Shown: positions 9,985 to 18,617 of the stretch, one piece after another | How positions within the stretch are numbered: position 1 is the first letter of the stretch | Layout: every line of letters starts with the position of its first letter | Assembly: GCA_963666925.2 (NCBI GenBank) | Contig: CAXXTC010000007.1 | Coordinates: forward strand, 192,001-256,000 | Length of the DNA: 64,000 nucleotides | Direction of reading: 5' to 3' | Origin: Phycisphaerae bacterium | GTDB lineage: Bacteria; Planctomycetota; Phycisphaerae; UBA1845; Fen-1342 | Notes under the pieces: model-generated | Told to the model about the DNA's origin: nothing | Seen by the model: only the letters and a program-made list of their open reading frames with translations | Database searches by the model: none | Program-made: the position numbers and the translations under genes

Positions 9985-10425
9985 ATGACTCCAGTCGAAC
10001 GCATTCTGCAGAAGAAGGGGCCCCACGTACACAGCATCACCGAGGACGCCACCGTGCTCGACGCCGCCGGAATCATGAATACCCAGCGCGTCGGTGCACT
10101 CGTGGTTACCCGCGGCGACAAGGTCGTCGGTATCTTCACCGAACGCGACGTGCTGAATCGTGTCGTGGCGGCCCGGCGTGATCCCGGCAAGGTCAGCGTC
10201 GGCGAGGTCATGTCCGCGCCGGTCGCCTGTTGCACCCCGCAGACCAGCCCGGATGAGTGCCGCGCCGTCATGCGCAGCCAGCGCCTGCGCCACCTGCCCG
10301 TCGTCGACGCCGGCCGGCTGGTCGGCATCGTTTCCATCGGCGATCTCTTGCAGGATGCCGAGGAGAGTCAGCAACAGACCATCCAGTTCCTGCACGAGTA
10401 CATTCACGGCGGATGGGCGGAATAA
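9985..10425 (+). CDS. CBS-domain pair protein
   Basis: 'VGALVV...VVGIFTERDVL...VGEVMS...M....LRHLPVVD.GRLVGIVSIGDL'; ATG at 9985. Confidence 0.9.
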   Translation: MTPVERILQKKGPHVHSITEDATVLDAAGIMNTQRVGALVVTRGDKVVGIFTERDVLNRVVAARRDPGKVSVGEVMSAPVACCTPQTSPDECRAVMRSQRLRHLPVVDAGRLVGIVSIGDLLQDAEESQQQTIQFLHEYIHGGWAE

Positions 10426-10450
10426 GGCTCATCGCCCGGCGCGCCTTCAG

Positions 10451-10489
10451 GAATGCACCGCTATGCCACTGCTCTTGAGCAGTGCATTC
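10451..10489. repeat. Palindrome CACTGCTCTTGAGCAGTG between convergent genes (REP-like or terminator)
   Basis: Perfect 18-bp hairpin at 10467-10484; the same core recurs at 41732-41751 and partly at 25581-25595. Confidence 0.55.
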
Positions 10490-10500
10490 TCCGCCGCGTC

Positions 10501-12360
10501 TTATGCGTGGATCAGCAGCGTTGACTCCGTCGGCAGGTTGTCGGCCACGCCCGCGATCACGTCCCCACGCAGCGCACGCAGCACACTTGCCCGCCGCGAC
10601 ACGCCCAGCATCACCACGTCGACGGCATACGTCGCCGCGAAGTCCAGAATCACATCCGACGCATCCCGGCTGACGCAGTAGATCGGCTGATAGGGCACGC
10701 CATGCTCGCGCGCCATCTGCTCGGCGTTATAGAACAGCGTCGACGCCTCGGTGTCCTCGTCGGGCGTCATCGGATGAGCCTGTCCAGGGTAGAGAACCGC
10801 AATGTCGCGCACGTACAGCACGAAGATGTTCGCCTCACGCCGCCGCGCTTCATCAAACGCGAATCGCAGCAGCTTCTGGTTGCTCCGCGTCGCTACCAGC
10901 ACCCGTTTGCGCGCCGGATCAAAACGCAGCAACTCGCCCGCAGCCGCCGGTTCGGCCGCCAACTCCGCACCGGCCCCTGCCACCGCTGCGCCGCCGGCCC
11001 CCGCGGGTACCGGCATACGCTCCGGCACACGCCGCGCCAGGTAACGCAGCGTCAGGCCGATTGCGAGCATGGTGCTGATGAATACCAGCGCCGGCTGGTT
11101 TGTGATTGCGATTGTGATCCAGATCGCCGCCAGCAGCAGGCCGATCAGCCACATTGCGCCGCGCTCGTGCACCTTCAGATCCAGCTTGCGGTTGACCGCG
11201 CACGATCCGAGGTTGATCACGATTGCGCCGACCACGCCGATGGCATATAACTGGGCTAGGGTTTGTAGTGTGCCCTCGCCCATACTGGCCGCCACCCCCG
11301 TGACAATTGCCGCCAGCGTACACGCCGCCACCAGCCCGTACAGCGGCACGCCATATTGGTTGATACGCGAGAAAATCGACGGCAATTCGCGATCCCGGCT
11401 CATCGCGTACTGGATACTGATCATCGCGATGATGGCCGTGTTGGTCGCCGACAGCAGTAGCAGACCAAAGATGATGCTGGCCAGCGTGGCGAAGGTTGGA
11501 TGCACATAATGCCGGGCGACCACTTCAAGCACGTGCTCGGTGACCTGGTGGTGGTGGGCGGTGATTTCGCTGGCTGGTTTATCTGCCGGCACGCCCATCT
11601 CGACCAGCCCCGGCAGGCTGCACACGATGATCACCAGGATCAGGTTCAGCGTGACGACCTCGATGATCACCGGCCAGATGGACAGCTTCGCCGTGCGTTT
11701 GACGGGCGGCACCATGATCCCCGTCATGTTCGCGATCGACTCGACCCCCGATAGCGCCAGCACGACCGCGACCAGGTTCAGCCACATCTTTGAAGGCGGC
11801 ACGCCCGTCAGCGAGCCATGCTCGCGGAATATGCGCCACCCCTCGGGTAGATGCGGAATCGTGAACACCGCCAGCAGGAACGTCACCGCGATCGCGGCGA
11901 TCGCCACCACCAGCGCAAACGCGCCGGCCCGCCGCGGCCCGACGTAGTTCAGTGCCCCAATCAACCCGATCGCGACCACCGTGAACCACGGCGCCAGCTC
12001 GCGCGCCATGCCCAGGGGAACGCCGATGTAGATGACCGCTTCGTACGTGGAGATCGCCGCCGTCACCACGTAGTTCGCCATCAGCAGGATGGCGCCGACG
12101 GCCCCCAGCGACGGGTGCAGCATCCGCCCCGACGAATAGACCCCGCCGCCGTCCGGCTGAACCCGGCAGATAATCGTATAGGCCCACCCCACCGCGATCA
12201 CGAGCGCACAGATCCCCGCTACGTAGTAGGGGGCCGCCAGGCCGGCGTAAAAGAGCGCCAGACCCAGGACGTACATTCGGCTGGTGCCCAGGTCGCCGAA
12301 GAACATCGGCCCGGCCAGGTACCAGCGCAAATCACGGGGACGATCGTGTCGAACCAGCAT
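10501..12360 (-). CDS. APC-superfamily transporter (KUP/KimA-like K+ transporter candidate) fused to a C-terminal universal stress protein domain
   Basis: About 12 TM segments; TM1 'FFGDLGTSRMY' resembles KUP 'YGDIGTSPLY'; 'ALSGVESIAN'; C-terminal 'RVLVAT...ILDFA....VDVVMLG.SRR......G.V...V'. Probable start at 12360. Confidence 0.8.
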   Translation of the reverse strand: MLVRHDRPRDLRWYLAGPMFFGDLGTSRMYVLGLALFYAGLAAPYYVAGICALVIAVGWAYTIICRVQPDGGGVYSSGRMLHPSLGAVGAILLMANYVVTAAISTYEAVIYIGVPLGMARELAPWFTVVAIGLIGALNYVGPRRAGAFALVVAIAAIAVTFLLAVFTIPHLPEGWRIFREHGSLTGVPPSKMWLNLVAVVLALSGVESIANMTGIMVPPVKRTAKLSIWPVIIEVVTLNLILVIIVCSLPGLVEMGVPADKPASEITAHHHQVTEHVLEVVARHYVHPTFATLASIIFGLLLLSATNTAIIAMISIQYAMSRDRELPSIFSRINQYGVPLYGLVAACTLAAIVTGVAASMGEGTLQTLAQLYAIGVVGAIVINLGSCAVNRKLDLKVHERGAMWLIGLLLAAIWITIAITNQPALVFISTMLAIGLTLRYLARRVPERMPVPAGAGGAAVAGAGAELAAEPAAAGELLRFDPARKRVLVATRSNQKLLRFAFDEARRREANIFVLYVRDIAVLYPGQAHPMTPDEDTEASTLFYNAEQMAREHGVPYQPIYCVSRDASDVILDFAATYAVDVVMLGVSRRASVLRALRGDVIAGVADNLPTESTLLIHA

Positions 12361-12644
12361 GGGGCTATTCAGACTTTCATGGTAAGACGGGGCTCCGCGC
12401 CGGCAGCCCCACGCTTGGGGACGATGATAGACGACGCCTCGGTCCTGTTTCAACCGTTGCGGCCGAATCCGTCCGCTGCTTCATCGGCCGACTGAGGCGG
12501 CACCCACCCCTCCAACGCCCGCCCCCCCACGCATAATCTGCTCTCCGGATCCTCAGAACCGATTGCAAATTGCCGCCGGTTGATTTAAATGACCCCTGGA
12601 CAATTGAACTGCCCATTGTGCCGGATTTGGAGGAGCGGGTCCCG

Positions 12645-13844
12645 ATGAGAATTCTGGTGGCCTGTGACATGCCCGAGGCGGCCCTGGAGCGCCTGCGGAG
12701 CCTGGAACCGAATACCGTTTACGTGCCCGACATCGCTGCACGCGACCTGCCCGGACACATGGAAGACGTGGGTATACTGGTCGTTCGTGGCGTGCGCGTC
12801 TCGCCCGAGACCATCACCCGCGCCAAAACGCTTCAGATGATCATCCACGCTGGCACCGGTTCCGGCGAAATCTCCGTCGAAGACGCCTCCGCCGCCGCCG
12901 TCTTCGTTTCACATTGCCCTGCCAAAGACGCGACCGCCGTCGCCGAGCTGACCCTTGGACTGATCCTCGCGCTCGATCGCCAGATCGTTGCCAACGCCAA
13001 CAGCGTCCGCGACGGGCAATGGCGACACTCCGAGCTGGCCGATGCTCGCGGATTGGCCGGGCGAACGCTGGGAATCCTCGGCTACGGCCGGGTCGGACAA
13101 CTGGTCGCCGAACGCGCCCGGGCTTTCGGCATGCGCGTCATCGCCTGGTCGCCCCACATGCTGCCCGGCATGGCCAATGAAGTTGATATCGAGTTGTGCA
13201 ACTGGCCCCGCGAGCTGGCTCGCATGAGTGACGTGGTGACGGTACATGCGGTCGAGGGGTTCGAGACCGAGGTTTTCGTTGATGCCGAGTTTCTCGCCAG
13301 CATGCATCTCGGGGCCTACCTGGTGCACGTAGGTCATCCGGGCGCTGTTGACGAGGCCGCCCTGGGCCGAGCGATTGAGGAACGCAACCTGCGCGTCGCC
13401 CTCGACGTTCTCAGCTCTGAGCCGGTGAACGACGTGACCAAATTTCGCTTTCGGCTGGCGGATCTGCCGGGGGTGATCTGCACCCAGCGAATCGCCACGC
13501 TGACGGAGCAGGCCCGGGCCGCGACGGCCGACGAGGTCGTCAACATCATCAGCTCGTTCCTGGTTTCGGGCGAGGTGCTCAACTCCCTGAATCTGTGCGA
13601 GCGCAGCCCGGCCACCTGGCAGCTAGTATTGCGAATTCGTGATCAAGTGGGTGTGATGGCCGCCATCCTCGACGCGGTCCGCGCCGACGGCATCAATGCC
13701 GAGGAGGTCAACAGCCGCGTCTTCACTGGCGCCAAGGCCTCCTGGTGCACGATCGCTCTGGACGAGCGGCCCAGTAACGACGCGCTCGAGGCGATTCGCG
13801 CCTTGCCCGACGTGCTTCATCTGGAACTGCGGGCTGTCGTCTGA
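12645..13844 (+). CDS. SerA-like D-2-hydroxyacid dehydrogenase fold plus ACT domain; catalytic residues look degenerate
   Basis: 'LAGRTLGILGYGRVG' Rossmann motif, 'AVAELT', 'ALDV..SEP', C-terminal ACT; GGAGGAG RBS before the ATG at 12645. Confidence 0.8.
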   Translation: MRILVACDMPEAALERLRSLEPNTVYVPDIAARDLPGHMEDVGILVVRGVRVSPETITRAKTLQMIIHAGTGSGEISVEDASAAAVFVSHCPAKDATAVAELTLGLILALDRQIVANANSVRDGQWRHSELADARGLAGRTLGILGYGRVGQLVAERARAFGMRVIAWSPHMLPGMANEVDIELCNWPRELARMSDVVTVHAVEGFETEVFVDAEFLASMHLGAYLVHVGHPGAVDEAALGRAIEERNLRVALDVLSSEPVNDVTKFRFRLADLPGVICTQRIATLTEQARAATADEVVNIISSFLVSGEVLNSLNLCERSPATWQLVLRIRDQVGVMAAILDAVRADGINAEEVNSRVFTGAKASWCTIALDERPSNDALEAIRALPDVLHLELRAVV

Positions 13845-13958
13845 TACCCTGCCCCATTCGCGGCGCACAAAACGGTGCCGATTTTCCCGCGTGCCTCAAC
13901 CGCAGGTCCGGCCGCGGGTATAAGAGACGGATAAACAGTGCTTAGCGTGAGGCAGCAC

Positions 13959-15041
13959 ATGCCATATTCAGTTCTCGCGGCCAGCTTGTGTTTGCTGGCG
14001 AGTCTCGGTGTCGACAACGCCACAGCGGCAACGCCGACAGCAGCGGACTCGCTGCGCGCCGAGCTGCACGTGGCCCAGACGTTCCTGACGCCCGGCAGCC
14101 CGATCGAGCTGCGTTTCACGCTCGTCAACACGAGCGCCGACCCCACCGATATCTCGCTCCGACACCGGCCGGACCATGACGCCGGCATTACGCTGCCGCC
14201 CGAGATTCTCTTCGGCACCGCCGACGAGCCGGCCATCATCGTGACCGCCGTCGACCGTTCCCCGATCGAAGTCATGCCGCCCACTGCGGACCATTCGCCG
14301 GCCGACTCTGCCGATGCTGACCCCACAACCGTGCGCCTGGCGGGCAACGCCACGCTGGGCACGTTGCTCGACCTGACCGATTTCTACCGCATGGCACGCT
14401 ATCCCGGCGACTACACCGTCACCTGGCAGCCGCTTGGGGGCCAGGCCGGCATCGCCAGCGTCTCCTTCCGTGTCGAGCCACGCCGCGAGGCCATTCTCGT
14501 TACCGATCACGGCAAGCTCACCTTCGAGCTCGACTACGACGGTGCCCCGCTGAACGTGCACAACTTCCTCGAACTCGCCGAGGACGGCTTCTACAACGGA
14601 ACAATACTACATCGCATCATCCCCGGGTTCGTTATCCAGGGTGGCTGCCCCAACGGCAACGGCTCCGGCATCCGCCCCGACGGCAAGCTCGTGCCCGCCG
14701 AGTTCCACAAGGCCCCCGTCGACGTCGGCACGCTGTTGGCGTCCCGCAAGGGCAGCGATCCTAACTCCGCGAGCTGCCAATTCTTTATCGCGCTGGCCCG
14801 CCTCGAACATCTTGACGACCAGTACACCGTTATCGGCCAGGCCACCGACGTCGAGAGCATGCGCACTTTGCAGGCGCTGGCGGCAGTACGAACCACCGAC
14901 CGCGGGCGCCCGATCGCCCCGATCACCATCCGCTCCATCAACCTGGTGGAGGATAGCAGCCGCCGTGTGCACGACCTCGGCACACGCAGCACCGCGCCGC
15001 GCGCCCATTCCGAGCACCCCACAACCCAGCCGGCCGAGTAA
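13959..15041 (+). CDS. Exported cyclophilin-type peptidyl-prolyl isomerase with N-terminal Ig-like domain
   Basis: Signal peptide; 'AP..V.NFLELA..GFYNGTILHRIIPGFVIQGGCP', 'SASCQFFI', 'HLDDQYTVIG'. Confidence 0.88.
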   Translation: MPYSVLAASLCLLASLGVDNATAATPTAADSLRAELHVAQTFLTPGSPIELRFTLVNTSADPTDISLRHRPDHDAGITLPPEILFGTADEPAIIVTAVDRSPIEVMPPTADHSPADSADADPTTVRLAGNATLGTLLDLTDFYRMARYPGDYTVTWQPLGGQAGIASVSFRVEPRREAILVTDHGKLTFELDYDGAPLNVHNFLELAEDGFYNGTILHRIIPGFVIQGGCPNGNGSGIRPDGKLVPAEFHKAPVDVGTLLASRKGSDPNSASCQFFIALARLEHLDDQYTVIGQATDVESMRTLQALAAVRTTDRGRPIAPITIRSINLVEDSSRRVHDLGTRSTAPRAHSEHPTTQPAE

Positions 15042-15174
15042 CCAAGCTAACTCCCGGCCTCGCCCACGTCCTTTCCCACTGGAAATCCGCGTCAGTACCG
15101 CCATATAATGTTACCAATTCGGTCGCAATGGAGTGCGGCAACACGCCCGCCGTTGCGTAGAGCGAGGTGGAACC

Positions 15175-15933
15175 ATGGCTCTTTACGCGGCACTTACATT
15201 CTGGCTTCTGGTGATCATGTTCGCGGCCTGGGGCGTGCACCTCCTGTGGAGCGCCCTCATCAAGCCCCGCGTTGTGAACTCCGTCCTCCTGCCCGGCACG
15301 CTGGTAGCCCAACTGGGCCACGTGCTCGGCCTGCTCATCACCGGCAATTCCGTCCAGCACACCAAGCTCATGGGCGACGATGACGAGGGCAAGCCCGAAT
15401 CATCGCCACCCGACAAGCAGCGCCTGCCCGTCATCGGCCCGATCCTCGTCGGACTTCTCCCGCTCGTTGCCTGCGCCGTCGCGCTCTACTTCGTCAGCGC
15501 CTATTGGGGCAGCAGCGTGATTCGTCACGGCGGCAACGCCGCCCTTTCCGTGCCACAGACGTTGCCGACCTCGCTGGGTGGCATCTGGGCCCTGTTGCGC
15601 GCCAGCATCACCCTGATCGAAGACCTTCTCAACGCCATCATCCGTAGCGACCTGCCCAACTGGCCCACCGCCCTGTTCCTGTACCTGGCCATCTGCCTGA
15701 CGGTGCGCATGGCACCGTTCGAGGGGCACCGGCGCGGCGCCGTCGGCGCCATCTTCCTGGCCGCCATCCTGATCGCCATCATCGGCTCCTGGGTGCCGGC
15801 CGCCCGCGCATTCATCGAATCAAGCTGGCCGATCCTCAGCTTCGCCGTCGGCATGCTGCTCTTTCTGTTGCTGCTGTCGCTGCTGATCACCGGTATCGTC
15901 CGCTTCATCCAGATCATGGTTACGGACGAGTAG
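15175..15933 (+). CDS. Multi-pass membrane protein resembling M50-type metalloproteases but with AQLGH in place of HExxH
   Basis: About 6 TM segments; 'LLPGTLVAQLGHVLGLLITG'; GAGGTGG RBS. Confidence 0.65.
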   Translation: MALYAALTFWLLVIMFAAWGVHLLWSALIKPRVVNSVLLPGTLVAQLGHVLGLLITGNSVQHTKLMGDDDEGKPESSPPDKQRLPVIGPILVGLLPLVACAVALYFVSAYWGSSVIRHGGNAALSVPQTLPTSLGGIWALLRASITLIEDLLNAIIRSDLPNWPTALFLYLAICLTVRMAPFEGHRRGAVGAIFLAAILIAIIGSWVPAARAFIESSWPILSFAVGMLLFLLLLSLLITGIVRFIQIMVTDE

Positions 15934-16205
15934 GTCGTAGTCGCCACACAAGCCAAGCAAAGCAGTTTCTACCTGCCGCAGCCCCTATTCTCCTGGCGAC
16001 AACGCAATTGGCGCTTGTGAGCCGGTGTCACGCGCGACTACCATGAGAACGGGTTCGGGTGCGTCGGCCGTTGGGTCAGCTTTCCGCGGCCACAATTCTC
16101 AAGGTGAACTCGGAGCGGACCGGCCGTTCCGTGCAGTTCTTCATATCGACACGCGTCCGGGGGGACACGCTGTCGCGCGCGCCCGGACGCCGCAGGAGAG
16201 CGGTC

Positions 16206-18290
16206 ATGCCTCACAGAAAACACCCCGTGTTGATTGCATTCCTGTTTGGACTGTTACTCGGCTGGGCCGCGCCGGCCCCAGCGCAGTACATCAAATCACC
16301 CCCCGATCAGCCCACCGACGTCGACAAGCTGGATCATGGCGACCAGGCTCCGGTGCTCAAGCCCACCTGCTGGCTTGCCACCGCCGCCAACATGCTCGCC
16401 GGCGCCGGCTACGGCAACGACTACGACGGCGACGCCCAGTATCGCGCCGACCAGATCTACGAACGACTCAAGTCACACTTCGGCGACTCGGACTGAGGGT
16501 GGATCGACGAGGCCATCAGTTGGTGGCGCGACAACACCCCCGCGGACGAAGACAACGAATACGACTACGTCGATATGTTCGGCAACTGGGTTGAGCCCGA
16601 ACCCTGGGAAGATCCCGACGGTACCATGTTCATCGGCAACGAGCTGCGCAACTGCCGCTACGTCGGGTTCCACCTGGGGTGGGTTGGCGAACCACCGCCG
16701 TACGGCTGTGGCCCCGTCCATATCATAACCGGCTGGGGCGATGAGCAGACCTCCGGCCCGCTCGACGACAACCCGGCCATGGTTTACGTGACCGACTCCG
16801 ACGCCCAGGCGGGCGATCCCGGCAACGATGTCCAGGATTACATCTACGACGACTATGACGATCCACTGCCGCCGGAACGCGGCCCCGGCTGGTACCTCAA
16901 CGATTACCTCCTCTACGGTACGCCGCTGCATCCGTTCCTGATGAACGTGGTCATGCTCGGCACCAGCGAGGTTCACCACCCCAACTACCAGACCGCGACC
17001 GGGTCGGAAACATTGACCCAGCCCGGCCCGGGGCTGGCGACCGGGCTGCACTACGTCGCCTGCACCGACACCGAGATTATCGATTACCAGACGACGATCT
17101 ACATCGACGGCTATACTGCGAACTGCACCGTCGACGAGCCCGATTCGTACCATATAGTTGTCGATTGCACTTTCGACGCGCCACTGCCGGTCGGAACCGT
17201 CGTTCGGATCACCACCGAGTTCACCGAGTTCCAGTACAACAGCGTATTCCACTCCGACATGTACTTCACGTACGACAAGGACCAGTTGCGTGATGCGCGG
17301 CCGGCCGTTGCCTGGCAGGTCGATACGCCTTACCTGTCGGACACCGAATCCGCCTATCCGGGCCTGCGCAGCGGATACGTTGTCGGCGCCTACGAGCTCT
17401 ACGCCGACGCCGGCGGCACGCTGCTCCTGGGCGAGGTTCGCTTCGCGCACGAGTACGACAACAACCAGGATCCCGAGCACCACGACGTCTACCTGCGCGC
17501 GCACGCGGATAACCTCGAAACCTGCTATGTCCATAATCTGCGCTGCGCCCATTGCACCACGCCGCCGAGCACCGCGGACCTCTGGCTGGTGACGAGCTGG
17601 GATTGGACCGATGACGGACCGCCACACGAGCTCGCGCCCGGTGCCGAGGTCGACGTGCCCGTCGAGTGGCCCCCCGACGTGCTCGTCCCGCTGACCTGGT
17701 CGCTTGAAACTCCGGCCGATCCCGACCCGTCCGGCACCTGTCGTACCGGCGGTTACGTCTACGGCGGGTTCGCGCTCTATGAAGATGCCGGCGGCACCAG
17801 CCCGATCGGCGAGTATCGCCTACAGCAGCGCTACACTGCCCAGCAAAACCCCGAGTCGCACACTTTCCAGATCGAACTCGCGCCCGGCGCGCCCGCCGTC
17901 TACGTCGACAGCCTGCGCTTCGGGCACACCTACGGAAAGCTCAGCGCCGCCGAGTTAAGCGTGTTCGAGCTGAGCGATGATCAGGATTGGTTAACCGCGC
18001 CCATGGACCTGATTGAGCTCTCCGATATCAACCCGCTGGTTGTTACCGTCGACTGGGCCGGTCAGTTACCGTTCCCCAAGACCGCCTGCTATGCTGCCGG
18101 CGATTGTGATTGCAATGGAACGGTGAACTTCAACGACATCGACCCGTTCGTGGCAGCGCTGGTTGGCGCGGGCACTTACTACAACTCCTATCCTGATTGT
18201 TGGCACCTGGCGGCCGACTGCAACTATGACGGCGCAGTCAACTTCGACGATATCGACGCCTTCGTGGCGATTCTCGTGACCTTGCGTTAG
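16206..18290 (+). CDS. Secreted IdeS/Mac-like (papain-fold) cysteine protease with two internal repeats and a C-terminal dockerin-like domain; interrupted by an in-frame TGA at 16494-16496
   Basis: AGGAGAG RBS and signal peptide 'MPHRKHPVLIAFLFGLLLGWAAPAPA'. Motifs 'CWLATAANML', 'HIITGWG' and 'VYVTDSD'. ORFs 16059-16496 and 16575-18290 are in the same frame, with only one stop between them. Confidence 0.75.
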
Positions 18291-18324
18291 CACAGCCACG
18301 CCGGTTGATGGCGATTCGTGGAAG

Positions 18325-18349
18325 GTGGGGCGAGTCTACTCTCGCCCAC
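18325..18349 (+). repeat. REP-like GTGG-palindrome
   Basis: GTGG-GGCGAG-TCTACT-CTCGCC-CAC downstream of a gene end. Confidence 0.4.
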
Positions 18350-18617
18350 ACTCCAGAACCGCGCACGGCATGACCGCCAGGTCAATACACGAACGCTGGC
18401 TGCACATTTGTGACCCGGGCGGCCAAACTTTGTCATTGCCAGTGCCCGCACTGCGTGTTACTCTACATATAGTGAGCCCATAACCTGTGGGGTCGGGCCG
18501 AACGGCCGGCTTCTGTGGCCGGATCAAATCAGGGGTAAGCAACATGGGCTGGTTGCTGTCAACATTTCTTCGCCTGGCGCACTCAGCGCCGCAAAACTCC
18601 AACCGGAGGGACACATC

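Noticed and set aside
16494..16496. Genome-wide TGA reassignment (alternative genetic code)
   Set aside because: TGA ends clearly complete genes elsewhere (secretin, ispE, korB, eno) and Trp is encoded by TGG, so any recoding would be site-specific.
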